Notes: generated by a model not told the origin, from the letters alone. A stretch of DNA of 64,000 nt from a virus (IMGVR_UViG_2706796752_000001:94101-158100); one strand, 5' to 3'. Shown: positions 43,624 through 54,452, counted from the stretch's first letter. Translations and numbers: made by a program.

Positions 43624-46600
43624 ATGAAAGCAAAACACATTTTTGACAGAGTTGATAGAAGCAAAGGTAATGAGGGTTGGTTAAGTCTAAGCGATGTCGC
43701 TAGTGAATTTCAAATCTGGGAAGATTATATTAGTGAACCAGAAGATTGCAGAATTAAAGTTTACTGGTTAGGTAGCTGGTACTGCACAGATACAATCGTA
43801 GGTTTCCAAGTCTACTTCTTCGATGATAGACCAATGGCATTCACTACTCAAATGGGACGTAAATGTGAGGAGAATTGGTACTGGGCTAGTCAAGAGGTTG
43901 CAGAGGATGTTAAAGAATATATCAAATCTCTTATAGTAGAAGAGGAAGATGAAGTAAGCGTAAATTTGTTTAACTGGGAAGAGGAGATTGGTGATGGTTA
44001 CCGTATCGACTTTAGTGGTCAATTATTCGGAGGTGACCATAAAGCAACACATAACGGAAGAGACATCACTATTAAGGAAAGATTAAAACATACTGAGTAT
44101 CGTATTGACACAGACTTAATTATCGAGTATAATGACACGAAGGAGCAAGCTCGGGTCAGTATTCGGGACCTCTTGTTCAAATTTAACTTAGTAGAGGAAG
44201 ATGAAGAATGTTTAAGTTTAGAAAAGGATTCGTAAACTTCACTTTAAAATCAACGGTAGTTATTACAACTTTAGTGGTAGGTGTTTATGTATACTCAACA
44301 AATGGAGGTTCTGCACAGACATTAATACCGCACGATGCTGGTGACACAGTAGACACAGCTTACAGTGAATCGTTAAGAAAGAAAAACCAAACGGTGCACA
44401 ATAATAATGAAGCTATCCAGAAGGCGGAGAACCTGATTGCTGAAGTGAACAACACAAAGGTATTTGAGGATGCACTCAACGATGACAGAAAGCCGGAAGC
44501 GAAGAAGTACGATATTGAATGGATTGTAAAGGATGAGAACACAGTCCAGTTAGCGATTAACTTCCGAGCTGTAGAACGGATTGACGGTATTAAGCCAATC
44601 ATCCACAAAGAGTATGCAGCAGCAGTGGCGAAAGATGTATCGTATGTACTAGATGAAATGAATGACCGTTTCCATGGAGGAAAAGCAAAGACACATCAAA
44701 TCACATTACAAATCATTAATGAAACTGGAGATGTAATGGCGGAGATGGGGAATGGAGTGAAGTAATGAGCACATTATATCCTATGTCGTCTATCGGGTGT
44801 TCAAGGGAAGAAGCTATAATGTTTTGTGTACAAATGAATCGGGTAACCCAGCTAGGGCTGCCCGATAACTTTGAAGAATATACGGACAGAGGGATTATCC
44901 ACTTATACAACTACTTTAGAGCGGTAAAAGAAAGGATGGACAAGCAATGAGTGAACTTAAATATTTCACATGCACAATGACAGCAGAAATTACTAGAACT
45001 GTAGAAGCGCGTGACAAGGAGCATGCGCTAGAGATTGTCGATGAGAACGACATGATGTATGAACTGAAGAACTTTAAGACGGACTACGAGATGAGTGCTA
45101 AAGAACTAGGAGTTATTTCTAAGATTAATTACCAAGAGAAGATGTTCATCGTCCATAACATGTTTGCACATCTTGTTAATGGTACACCAGTGAAAGTTAC
45201 AAGAGAGCATTTAGAGGTGTTCCAACGAGCGTATGATGCCATGTCAACAGGTGTTAGACTAAATATACTAGAGTTAGAGAATAGTAATAAAGTGATTGTA
45301 TCTTTAGGGAGGGCTGTGTAATGGTTTACATTGATTTAAAAGAGGATGGTCAAGGTAGTTTCTTTAGTGATATTGATGAGTTTATCGATAGTTTACCTTT
45401 AGACGCACAAGAGGCTGTTAGAGAATTAGTGGATGATGCTATTGACGAGGCTACAACACCATACATTAATATGACGGGGGTAATGTTATAATGACAAAGT
45501 TAGTTAACGTAGGACATGTAAACGCGATTATTAGTATCTATGAAAAGTTACTATCTTTACCAGATTGGGAGTATAAGGAATGGGACAAGCTGCGTGAGAA
45601 ACTTAAAAACTCTGTCGCACATATGGACAAGCACGCGATAGATTTACCTTGCACAGTTAAGGAGTTAGAGCTGTCTATTGAGCCCGTACAGAACATTGTA
45701 AGTTTCTTTGATGATTGGATTGAGGATGACACTAGAAGAGGTATAACGAGTCGAGAGGTGTTTCTAGATAAACTAGCTGATGAGGCTAATGACCTGCATG
45801 TTGTCCATGTAAACAACATTCAAAGGGATGAGTTCTAATGGAGACTCTATTCAAGAAGGAGATACCGCAGGTACCTAATATGTTTTATAGAGGGGTAACA
45901 AAGAAACCGTTCGACTTCTACACAGTCATTACTTATAACGGTTATGACATACAGAAGAAAGAACATATTGATAAAGTAATAGGGTTAAGTGTGAAGGGGT
46001 ATCACAAAGACTATATATTATATGCTTTTTTCTTATTCGTAGAGGAGGAGAATTACAATGACGTACCGTGATAGAATGTACCAACGTTGGGAGAAAGAGG
46101 ACGATGCTTATTACCGTAGGCACGTACTCGATGAGAGTATTAAGTCATATGATATTGGGGGCGTATTTGCATTAGTATTATCTGCGGATGATACGAATCT
46201 ACAAGGTTACTATAAAAGCCATTCTAGTAATATGACATTCCAGCTAGAATGTGAGGGGCTAACTAGAGGGAAGATTATTAGAATGATGTGGGACAAGGCT
46301 AGAGCTATTAAACCAGAACTGGAGGCGGCACAATGAAACAGCAGCAATTAGAAGAGCAGGTAAGAAAATTAGAATCTCAAGTAGCTTACTACGAAATGAC
46401 CCTAAAGAATATCGCTAGACGTGATAAGACGATTTTGAGCGAATTAGCTGTACGTAAGTTTACAGGATGGGCGGTATCTACTAGAGAGAGTTATCTAGAA
46501 GTTATACACATGGCTACTGATACATTACACGAGTATGGGGTTAAAGTTAGGAAGAGTGATAAACTATGAAAAAGTTGTTGACTTTACTAGTTTTGTGTGC

Positions 46601-47910
46601 TACACTGTTAATAGGTTGTGAGACTGATAATTATGTAACTACACTTGAGGATGTTAAGGTTGTTGGTAAGAACTACTCGACAGCTAGAGCTAGGTACAGC
46701 ACGATTACGGTAGAGGGCTCGGATGTTAAGTTGGAACTTAAAATCCAAGACAGCCAGTTTAAAGCTATTCAAGAAGGTTCGACGATTACAGTTAAGTTTG
46801 ATAACCGTGATATGCTTATCAATCACATAAAGTTCAAGGGGGAAAAGAAGAGTGAGAACAATTAATGGTGGTCAGTTATACAAGGTAAAAAATATGGGTT
46901 TAATGTTGACGATGTTTGACGAATCTTTCATGCCAATTACTTATGCTGTTCAAGAAGAAGTTTCGGAGTACGATATGTACGAAAAGGTAGATGAGTGCAA
47001 GATTGGGGTAACGCTGCGACACGTGCAACTAGACTTCGAGATTACTATTACGATGGACCAACTTGTAACTTACTTCGAACCGTTTAATAGTCATGAAGTA
47101 GTCCTAAGACCTGTAGTTGGACGGAATACTATAATCCAGTATTTGAAGGACGAGCTGTCAGTTGATGATATTGATTTTGGTACAGGCTTCCTTATCAAGG
47201 TTGATAGACACTCATTCGACGCAGATGACGATGATGTAGTCGTTAGGATACAGTATGCGAAAACAGGATTTAGATTCCGTCAGTTCGTAACAATTGCAAG
47301 AGTTATGGAAATGAAGTCTCTCTTGTCTATGTTCAATAACCCTAGAAATCGTTATATCTCTGATATGAATCTATTTGATAGAGTTACTATTGCTGAGCAT
47401 AGGGACTATCGTTACTTCTATGGGTATTCCACAGCTGAAGGGTTTTGCAGAACTATCCGTAAAAACATCGATAAGCAAGAGTTTGCTCTAGATAGAGAGA
47501 ACGTATCAACTGTAGTAGAGTTTAAAAGTATAGACATCTACCTAAATAGTGATGAGTTAGAAGTAACATATACTAAAGGTGTGAAAGAGGAGGAGAACGA
47601 AGTGAGTGCATTTAGAGTTATTAGAAAAGATGAAGATTTAGTAGAATTTCCAGAAACGATTGGTAAAGGGTTAGTTGTAACGTTTAAAGCTGGAATTGTA
47701 CACATGCTAGTGAATAACTTAGCGTTAGTTAAAAACGGCTCTTTCTCTGTTGTTGAGATTAGTCAACGAGGCTCACTAGGTGTATGGGGTGCTAAATTTG
47801 AGTCTATTGCAGACTACAAGAAAGGTATTAAAGGTTTAGGAATTAAAGTAATAGACATAGAAGAAATTAATGATTACTCTCTAGTAAATAAAGTATTGCT
47901 AAATAAATAG
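43624..47910 (+). CDS. Operon of hypothetical proteins (43624-44235, membrane-anchored 44208-44765, 44765-44950, 44947-45321, 45491-45838, 45838-46071, 46058-46336, 46333-46569, lipoprotein 46566-46865, 46852-47910)
   Basis: Promoter TTGCAA(43550)-17-TAAGAT; lipobox LIGC in the 46566 ORF. Confidence 0.6.
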
Positions 47911-48019
47911 ATTCATGTTATACTAAACTCAAGTTACTAGTAGCTCACTAGGATACTGACTAGGCTCTGTTCTGGTGAGTTGGTCGTAAAACTATAAAAC
48001 TATAAAACTATTAGGAGGA
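47896..48019 (+). promoter_or_regulatory. Sigma-A promoter with a structured ~90-nt leader
   Basis: TTGCTA(47896)-17-TATACT(47919); 11-bp stem AGCTCACTAGG/TCTGGTGAGTT; (AAAACTAT)x3 before the RBS. Confidence 0.65.
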
Positions 48020-48322
48020 ATGGAAATGTTACGAGTTATTACTGAGACAGACCGACAAGAGGCTTTAGTTGAGAAGGAGCAAGAAGAGTATATTTTAAGT
48101 AGCTCACGAGGTGGTATTGGGGTTATCGTCCTAAACAAAGGTGAAATTGTTAAACACGATTGGAAAGAGCTGGACAGCTTCGTTAAGTTCGCGGAAGCGT
48201 ATGTAGGTGATGACGAGATTGACGAAATGGTAGACTACGATTTCTCTTTCGTAGAAGTTAAGTTCGTATACTCTTATGAAAACTACGAGAAGTTCTTAAC
48301 GGACCGCGGGGTGACTGTATGA
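48020..48322 (+). CDS. Acidic hypothetical protein
   Basis: AGGAGG RBS. Confidence 0.6.
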   Translation: MEMLRVITETDRQEALVEKEQEEYILSSSRGGIGVIVLNKGEIVKHDWKELDSFVKFAEAYVGDDEIDEMVDYDFSFVEVKFVYSYENYEKFLTDRGVTV

Positions 48323-48615
48323 GTATCCCATTCAATCTGACTTGGGACCAAGCTAGAACATTACTAAATCAAGGATACACAGTTGAACATGAATCTTTTA
48401 AAAATGGTGACTATCTATACCTTATTACTAGTAAACGACTATGTGAAGCATTTGAATACGGGTATGGGGAGTATGAAGGTGAACCTACATTCATCGACAC
48501 AGTTGTAGAAGTAGTAAATGTGGATAGACGTTTATACAGTAGTGGCAAGATTCTTAAGATAGGATATGAGCCAAGTAGATACATTCAAAGTGAAGGTTGG
48601 AGAGTCAGGAAATAA
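48319..48615 (+). CDS. Tad2-like (DUF2829) nucleotide-signal sponge protein
   Basis: LTWDQARTLLNQG..LYLITSKRLCEAFEYGYGEYEGEPTF..YEPS...SEGW parallels SPO1 Tad2 as I recall it (FGEALEVLKQG..LFLKSSDALASDFGFGFGEY..EPVF..WVPSQ..AEDW). Confidence 0.75.
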   Translation: MSIPFNLTWDQARTLLNQGYTVEHESFKNGDYLYLITSKRLCEAFEYGYGEYEGEPTFIDTVVEVVNVDRRLYSSGKILKIGYEPSRYIQSEGWRVRK

Positions 48616-48634
48616 TTAATAGGGAGAGATTAAC

Positions 48635-48982
48635 ATGGATAACGAAAGATTAATTGGTAAATGGGAGACTCACTACTTACGTAAACAGCATGAGGGAGAG
48701 AAAGCAATGTGTACATGGGCTCAAGCTCGAGCTGCTATGCAAGTGGAAGGATTAGCAATTAAACTTAATAGTTTTAAAGAAGGAGAGTACATGTACTACA
48801 TTAGTGGAAATGACTTTGCTAGAGCGTTTGGGTATGGTAAACGTACAGTGTTACACTTTAACGCAACAAGATTCGTATCTCAGTGGGCTTTCGTTGACTC
48901 TAACCACGATATCCATGTTGGTTTCGAACCTAGTGATTATGATTGTCAGTATATGTGTCAAATTGTTGGGAGGATTAAATAA
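48635..48982 (+). CDS. Second, more divergent Tad2-like paralog
   Basis: TWAQARAAM..SFKEGEYMYYISGNDFARAFGYG..IHVGFEPSDYD aligns by eye with 48319. Confidence 0.6.
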   Translation: MDNERLIGKWETHYLRKQHEGEKAMCTWAQARAAMQVEGLAIKLNSFKEGEYMYYISGNDFARAFGYGKRTVLHFNATRFVSQWAFVDSNHDIHVGFEPSDYDCQYMCQIVGRIK

Positions 48983-49212
48983 TGGCAAGAGAATGGACAG
49001 GCTGGGATAAAGAAGAAGAGATTTATAGTGAACAAACGGATGACAAGAATAAGTTCACGGTTAAGAAATGTTACAAAGGTTCGAATCCGTCTTATGTTTT
49101 AGAACCAATGTACATGAGCCCTACAGGGTGGAAGAATGGTACACGTAAAGTAATTGGTGTTAGAGCATTCGAAAAGATTCTAAAAGCTGTGGAGAGCTCA
49201 CTAGTAAACTAG
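48982..49212 (+). CDS. PC4/YdbC-like small nucleic-acid-binding protein
   Basis: VLEPMYMSPTGWKNGTRKVIGVRAFEKILKAV resembles the PC4 beta-hairpin plus helix. Confidence 0.45.
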   Translation: MAREWTGWDKEEEIYSEQTDDKNKFTVKKCYKGSNPSYVLEPMYMSPTGWKNGTRKVIGVRAFEKILKAVESSLVN

Positions 49213-49236
49213 TAGCTCCCTAGAGAGGATGATAAT

Positions 49237-49677
49237 ATGGCATCTTTATTAGCCTTCTTTGGACTGTGTGCGTTGTATTTTATTGTTCATATGTATTCTA
49301 ATAGTACACCTCCAAATAATAAGGACAGACGATTAAGCAAGGACATGAATGACGCTGTTGAGGCGAACAATAAAGCTAGGTTAGAAGAGGTTCGACGAGA
49401 GACGCGAGAGTATCTAATTAAGAGTAACTTTAATCCTAGCAAACATAAAGCACCATTAAATGATAGAGGGTTTAGAATGCATGGGAAGCAACCACCTACA
49501 CCTACTAGACCTAAAGATACTCGTAGGAACTGGAATGATAGAGATGACTTGAATATGTCATTCTTTACATCGCCGCATACGCCTAGTAGCTCACCAGCAC
49601 CAAGTTGTGGGCGTAGTTATCATGATGACGGTGGAGGTTCTAGTAGCTCCTCAGACTCATGTGGTTCATTTGACTAG
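49237..49677 (+). CDS. Membrane-anchored protein with a low-complexity Ser/Asp tail
   Basis: N-terminal TM segment; SSSPAPSC..GGGSSSSSDSCGSFD tail. Confidence 0.65.
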   Translation: MASLLAFFGLCALYFIVHMYSNSTPPNNKDRRLSKDMNDAVEANNKARLEEVRRETREYLIKSNFNPSKHKAPLNDRGFRMHGKQPPTPTRPKDTRRNWNDRDDLNMSFFTSPHTPSSSPAPSCGRSYHDDGGGSSSSSDSCGSFD

Positions 49678-49727
49678 TAGCTCACTGGAACAAGTATAGC
49701 GCCGACCAAACCTAAAAGTGGTAGTTC

Positions 49728-49760
49728 AAAAGAGTCTGACAATTCTGTCAGGCTTTTTTT
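49728..49760 (+). terminator. Strong terminator closing the middle region
   Basis: AAAGAGTCTGACA/TGTCAGGCTTTT plus T-run. Confidence 0.8.
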
Positions 49761-49929
49761 ATTTATTTTAAGACCCTTGTGAACCCTTGGTATGACTGGG
49801 TTTGTCTGTGTTTTGTAAATAGTTTCTTCCATTATAGGAAACATAAAAAAGTTATTTAAAATAATGGTTGCATTTTCCTTGTTTACCATGTTACGATGTT
49901 TACAGAGTTAAACGAGAGGAGGGGACAAG

Positions 49930-51908
49930 GTGACAAGGGCGTACATAGTTGATAGTAACATTAGTTTCTTTGTAAGGCGCGTATACAGTTACGGCGATGT
50001 GTTCACACATAATAACAAAGAATATCAAGTGCTATACATAACAGGTGATACAATGTTCATTGCGTGCGTATCACATACACATCAAGGTAAAATAAAAAGA
50101 GTTTCAAAAAGTGTTGTACAAGTTAAATATGTATGATACAATGAGGGCAGTTAAGAAAAACAAAAAAAAAGGTGGTAGTTGAAAATGAGATTTACAGATA
50201 GTTTAACAGTGGTAAACGAGGCGGCAGAAAGAAAATTAGTTGTTAGAGAGGCATTGAGTCAAGTTGAGTTATTAGTGGAAATTACAGATTTATATGACCG
50301 TGGTTTAACAGCTATCTATTTAAACGTTGATGAGGTTAAAAGCCTTGTAAACTCTATGCACAAACATTTCCGTCGTGATAAGTTCATCTATAAAAGTGAG
50401 CGCTCTTTATACTTCAAATATATGTCAGAGACAGAGCGAACAACAGTCGAGCTAAACATGTTTGTAATCCGTATTAGTGAACTGGATTTACAAAAGACCT
50501 GCTTACTATTTGAAAAGTGGTTAACACATCACGGTATTGAGTTTGAAGGTATGGACACAACAAAGGAAAAGCTCACACTTAAGATTGATGAATGTAAGAA
50601 AGATTTACAGTTCTTTACTAATGAAAAAGTTAGCATTATTTCAAGTATGACAAGCGTGACAAATAACACTGTTTTAGATGTGCTGGTGTGTGATTTAAAG
50701 GAAGCAAACCGCAATATTGAGAGATTAGAAAAAACTTTACAGGATTGTATTGACAGACTGTCACAATTTTAGTAAACTAGGGTTAACTTAATAAGGAGGT
50801 AGTTGCAAATGACTAAAGAGCCTACGTTATACAAAGGTGGGACAAGCATTAAGAGCCAACACCGCGCGGTACGTAAATTTAACAATAGCAATAGTAACGA
50901 AATGTTAAAGGCGTTGCGCAAAAGTAAGAAGGTGAAAAAGTAATGGATTGGAAATCATTAGATGATAAAACCTTTGTCATGAAGGTAAAGGAGTTCGTTA
51001 AGGGGTTTAACACCCCTCGAACTTCTATGAAAGAGGTCATAGAGTTTAACGAAACGTTAGACATTATAGAAAGCGAATATGATAGACGTTTCTATCTTGA
51101 TTTCTATGAATCATACTATGAGTTACTGGACATTGAAAACTAAATATTAGGAGGTCGTTATATATGACAACACCAGAAACCTTACAAGAACAACGCGAGG
51201 AGCTACAGGACAAGCTAGAATTATTGTGGGATGCGTTCGACTATTCGTCGAGCCCGTCGGAGCGTGAAGAACTTAAAACAGAGATTCGCGGTATTAAGGC
51301 GCAAATTGATAAGCTTAATAAAACGCTAGACATGTTACAAGATAACATTAATGAGGATGCTTGGTACAGTTCTAGTGATGCGAGATTATACGAAACGGGG
51401 TTAACACAAGATGACTTCCTTCAATAGTAAAGAGTTACTTACATTACATGGGGCATTACATGAGCTTATACACTATGGATTCTTTGACGTATTTTCAACT
51501 AGTAAGCTTAGTTCATATCAATTAAAAGATGTGTTAGATATAATGGGAATCAAGTACACGTCTGATATTGGCAGTGTTAACGGGTACAAGTATATAAGAA
51601 TTAAAATAAAGTAGAAATTGGGGGTTGCAACCCCCTTACATACATGATACAATGATTACAGGTTAAGAAATGCAAATAATTTAATAAGGTGGTAGTTGAA
51701 TATGTATATTCGTAGTGAAGTGAAAACAATGTCAGAAACTCAATTAATGTTAGCTTTTCATAGAATTAGCTGTGAAATGGTTAAAGATGAAATGAGCGGT
51801 AAAGGTGTTAAGCAAAAGACACAACGCGCTCTAGGATACATTATTAGTGAATTGGTAGGGCGTTATGATTTAAATGAAAATGAATTAATCGACGGTATTT
51901 GGCAATAA
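49930..51908 (+). CDS. Early-region hypothetical proteins (49930-50136, 50179-50772, 50809-50943, 50943-51143, 51164-51427, 51411-51614, 51696-51908)
   Basis: Downstream of repeat promoters and RBS. Confidence 0.65.
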
Positions 51909-51978
51909 ACGTTTGCATTCTAAAAGTGGACATGCTATAATAATTACAGGTTAACAAAACAACTAAAAAGGTAGGTAG

Positions 51979-52266
51979 ATGAAAATGAAGAAAACTCCAG
52001 ATTACAAATATTATGTTACTATGATTGATACTTTCATGAGCGGGTGGGGCGAAGCTAAAGACCGTAAAAACAAACTAGCTTTCGAATGTGAATCTTATGA
52101 GGAAGCGCAAATTGTAGCAGGTAACGGGACAGGTCGCGAGGAAATGAAATACATTTACATTTGCTCTAATAGACCTAAACAAAAGAAAGGTGAATTACTT
52201 CAATTCAAAACTAAAGAGGAAATGGGCGCTTTCTATGTACCTAATAAATGGGGTGCGCCTTGGTAA
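51979..52266 (+). CDS. Early hypothetical protein directly upstream of the pistol ribozyme
   Basis: Own promoter (51913); YVTMIDTFMSGWG motif. Confidence 0.75.
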   Translation: MKMKKTPDYKYYVTMIDTFMSGWGEAKDRKNKLAFECESYEEAQIVAGNGTGREEMKYIYICSNRPKQKKGELLQFKTKEEMGAFYVPNKWGAPW

Positions 52267-52268
52267 GA

Positions 52269-52341
52269 ACTGTCTGGACAGTGACGAAAGTCAAAGGGCA
52301 TTAAGTCCAGAGCGTCCCGCCTAATAAGGGTGGGGGTTGCC
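52269..52341 (+). ncRNA. Pistol self-cleaving ribozyme
   Basis: P1 ACUG/CAGU with loop UCUGGA; AAA linker; P2 GGCA/UGCC; UUAAG; 6-bp pseudoknot UCCAGA; invariant GCG; P3 UCCCGCCU/GGGUGGGG; G52336-U52337 cleavage dinucleotide. Every pistol consensus element is present, in order. Confidence 0.9.
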
Positions 52342-52435
52342 AATAAAAAAAAGTGTTGACACTTTTCGACGGCATGTGATACAATGTTTATAGGTTAGGA
52401 AATACAAATAAAAAATTATAAGGTGGTAGTTACAT

Positions 52436-53416
52436 ATGACAAACGTAAATGAATTAAAAGCAGTTGAGGAAAAAGAAGTAATTCAAATTGAAAGCAAGGA
52501 GTTTAATTTCCCATTATATGATGGTTACAACGAAGAATTATGTGATAGTGAAGGGAACCGCGTTACTCGACAAGCGTTATCGTTTATTGTAGAGGACAAG
52601 CAATCCGGCGACCTTGACAGAGTTATTAGTGACATGGTTGACCGTTATAGCAGTGATAGCACTCATGATATCTGGACAATTATAAGAGATGCGCGCGACG
52701 CGTTCCAAGATGCAATAAGTGAAGGAATGATTGTCGTTAATCCGGAGGACATGAATGACACAATGTTAAACGCTTATCTGTATCTTTTGGACAGTGAGTT
52801 ACAAGCGAATAGAAGTGAGATTCTATATAACTACATTGTATACCGTGTTAATAAAATGTTAGTGGACAAGCATGTAACACAAATGGACATCGAAGGTCTA
52901 GAGCAGGAAATTGAGAATTATGCAGACGAGGCAGAAAATAGTTATAGTGAGTTCGATTACATGGATGATGAAATGTTTTCTCAGTTGGAAGAATTCATTG
53001 ATTCATATATGGCAGGTCTTGAAATGGGACAACCTCTTGATAATCAAGATTGGGAAAATATCGGTGATGTAACTATCACAGAGGGCGCAATGTTTATTAA
53101 GAAAGACGAAGACACAGACAATAGTTATTATGTGGAACGTGTATCTGGTAACGAATTTGAATCATTCTATTTAGATAGTATGTATATTGATTTAAACGAT
53201 GGTTGGATTAACTGGTATGATATCAACGAGTATGCAGGAATTAGCATGGACGCGGAACCATATGAAAGAATTAGCGCTTTAATAGGATATGACGGTATTG
53301 AAAACTTTAATCCTTCGACAACAGAGTGTGAAAAGGCTGTAGACTTATGTGCAGCACTTAGAAACGCTGGTGTAAATGTGGTATGGAGCACGGAGCACGA
53401 AGAAATACAATTCTAA
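52436..53416 (+). CDS. Very acidic early protein (DNA-mimic / anti-restriction candidate)
   Basis: D/E-rich 326 aa; sole gene of its cassette. Confidence 0.6.
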   Translation: MTNVNELKAVEEKEVIQIESKEFNFPLYDGYNEELCDSEGNRVTRQALSFIVEDKQSGDLDRVISDMVDRYSSDSTHDIWTIIRDARDAFQDAISEGMIVVNPEDMNDTMLNAYLYLLDSELQANRSEILYNYIVYRVNKMLVDKHVTQMDIEGLEQEIENYADEAENSYSEFDYMDDEMFSQLEEFIDSYMAGLEMGQPLDNQDWENIGDVTITEGAMFIKKDEDTDNSYYVERVSGNEFESFYLDSMYIDLNDGWINWYDINEYAGISMDAEPYERISALIGYDGIENFNPSTTECEKAVDLCAALRNAGVNVVWSTEHEEIQF

Positions 53417-53530
53417 ATAATATAGGTGGACAAGCCTAATATTTAAAATAGGGGCTTGTCTTCCTTTTATACATATGATACAATGATTACAGGTTAAGAA
53501 ATACAATACATATAAGGGTGGTAGATTCAT

Positions 53531-53915
53531 ATGACAATTAAAGAAGGTTCTAAGGTTAGTGTTAAAACTCAAATGGGGTATAAGTTCACAGGCACGGTTA
53601 CAACTGGTGTGGATTCTCGTACAATCTGGGTTATCAATGACTATGAAGGAACAATGCATGTAGTAGACTTGAAAAACGACAAAGTCACAGTAATAGAAGG
53701 GGCTTTGTAATATGTGTCAAGTTGTCTCGTTCACAAACTATAAAGCGCACGGGGCGGTGATTGATGATAGATTTGTATATCACTGTGCAAACGGTGAATG
53801 TCACGCGGTTGCCTATCATGGGGAACCTGTTGAATGTCCGGAGTGTGGCTGTAATTTAGTAGTAGAAACCTTTATAACGGATGAGGGTGTCAGTGAGAGT
53901 TATAAGGTAGTATAA
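53531..53915 (+). CDS. 59-aa SH3-like microprotein (53531-53710) and Zn-ribbon protein (53712-53915)
   Basis: The first ORF is missing from the track but has the repeat RBS; the second has C..C..CPEC. Confidence 0.65.
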
Positions 53916-53999
53916 AAAAAGTGTTGCAACTAGAAAATACATATGATACAATGATTATAGGTCAAGAAAACAAATAACTTTATAAGGTGGTAGTTAAAT

Positions 54000-54452
54000 A
54001 TGAAAAAGTTAAATGATGGTTTACAGGTGGTTCAAGAGTGTGTTATGTTCGATTGTCATTATAGCACTTGTGATGATATCCGTGTAGTCAAGGATTCAAA
54101 CAATAATGTTACTGTTGCAATTCGTGTGGATAACGGAGAAACAATGTCAACACCAAGCGCAAACCTAACACCAGCGGAGATTGTACTATTTACAGAAACG
54201 CTAGTAAAGTTCTTAGAAATATTAGAGGAGGACAAGCCTACATTTACTAATAAAGAAGTGGTTATATGTCCAGAGTCAGACAATACCAAGTTTACAGTAT
54301 CGGTTAATCATTATGACTGTGATATATGTTTTGATATGTACGGCGATAGAATCTACCTCGACGTTTTCCAAGTACAAGACATTATAAACCTGCTAAACAA
54401 AGAATTAAAACATGTTCATATCTCAGAGCGTGTTATAGGGGGTGGACAGTAA
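54000..54452 (+). CDS. Cys-x-Asp family paralog (two-domain form)
   Basis: FDCHYSTCDDIRV..ANLTPAEIVLF..IYLDVFQVQDII. Confidence 0.7.
   Translation: MKKLNDGLQVVQECVMFDCHYSTCDDIRVVKDSNNNVTVAIRVDNGETMSTPSANLTPAEIVLFTETLVKFLEILEEDKPTFTNKEVVICPESDNTKFTVSVNHYDCDICFDMYGDRIYLDVFQVQDIINLLNKELKHVHISERVIGGGQ

Larger units (their letters stand above)
22113..49688 (+). repeat. Dispersed direct repeat (T)AGTAGCTC(A/C)C(T/C)AG, at least 12 copies
   Basis: Copies at 22113, 23677, 24423, 32453, 38687, 43504, 47938, 48098, 49210, 49584, 49641, 49675. Confidence 0.75.
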
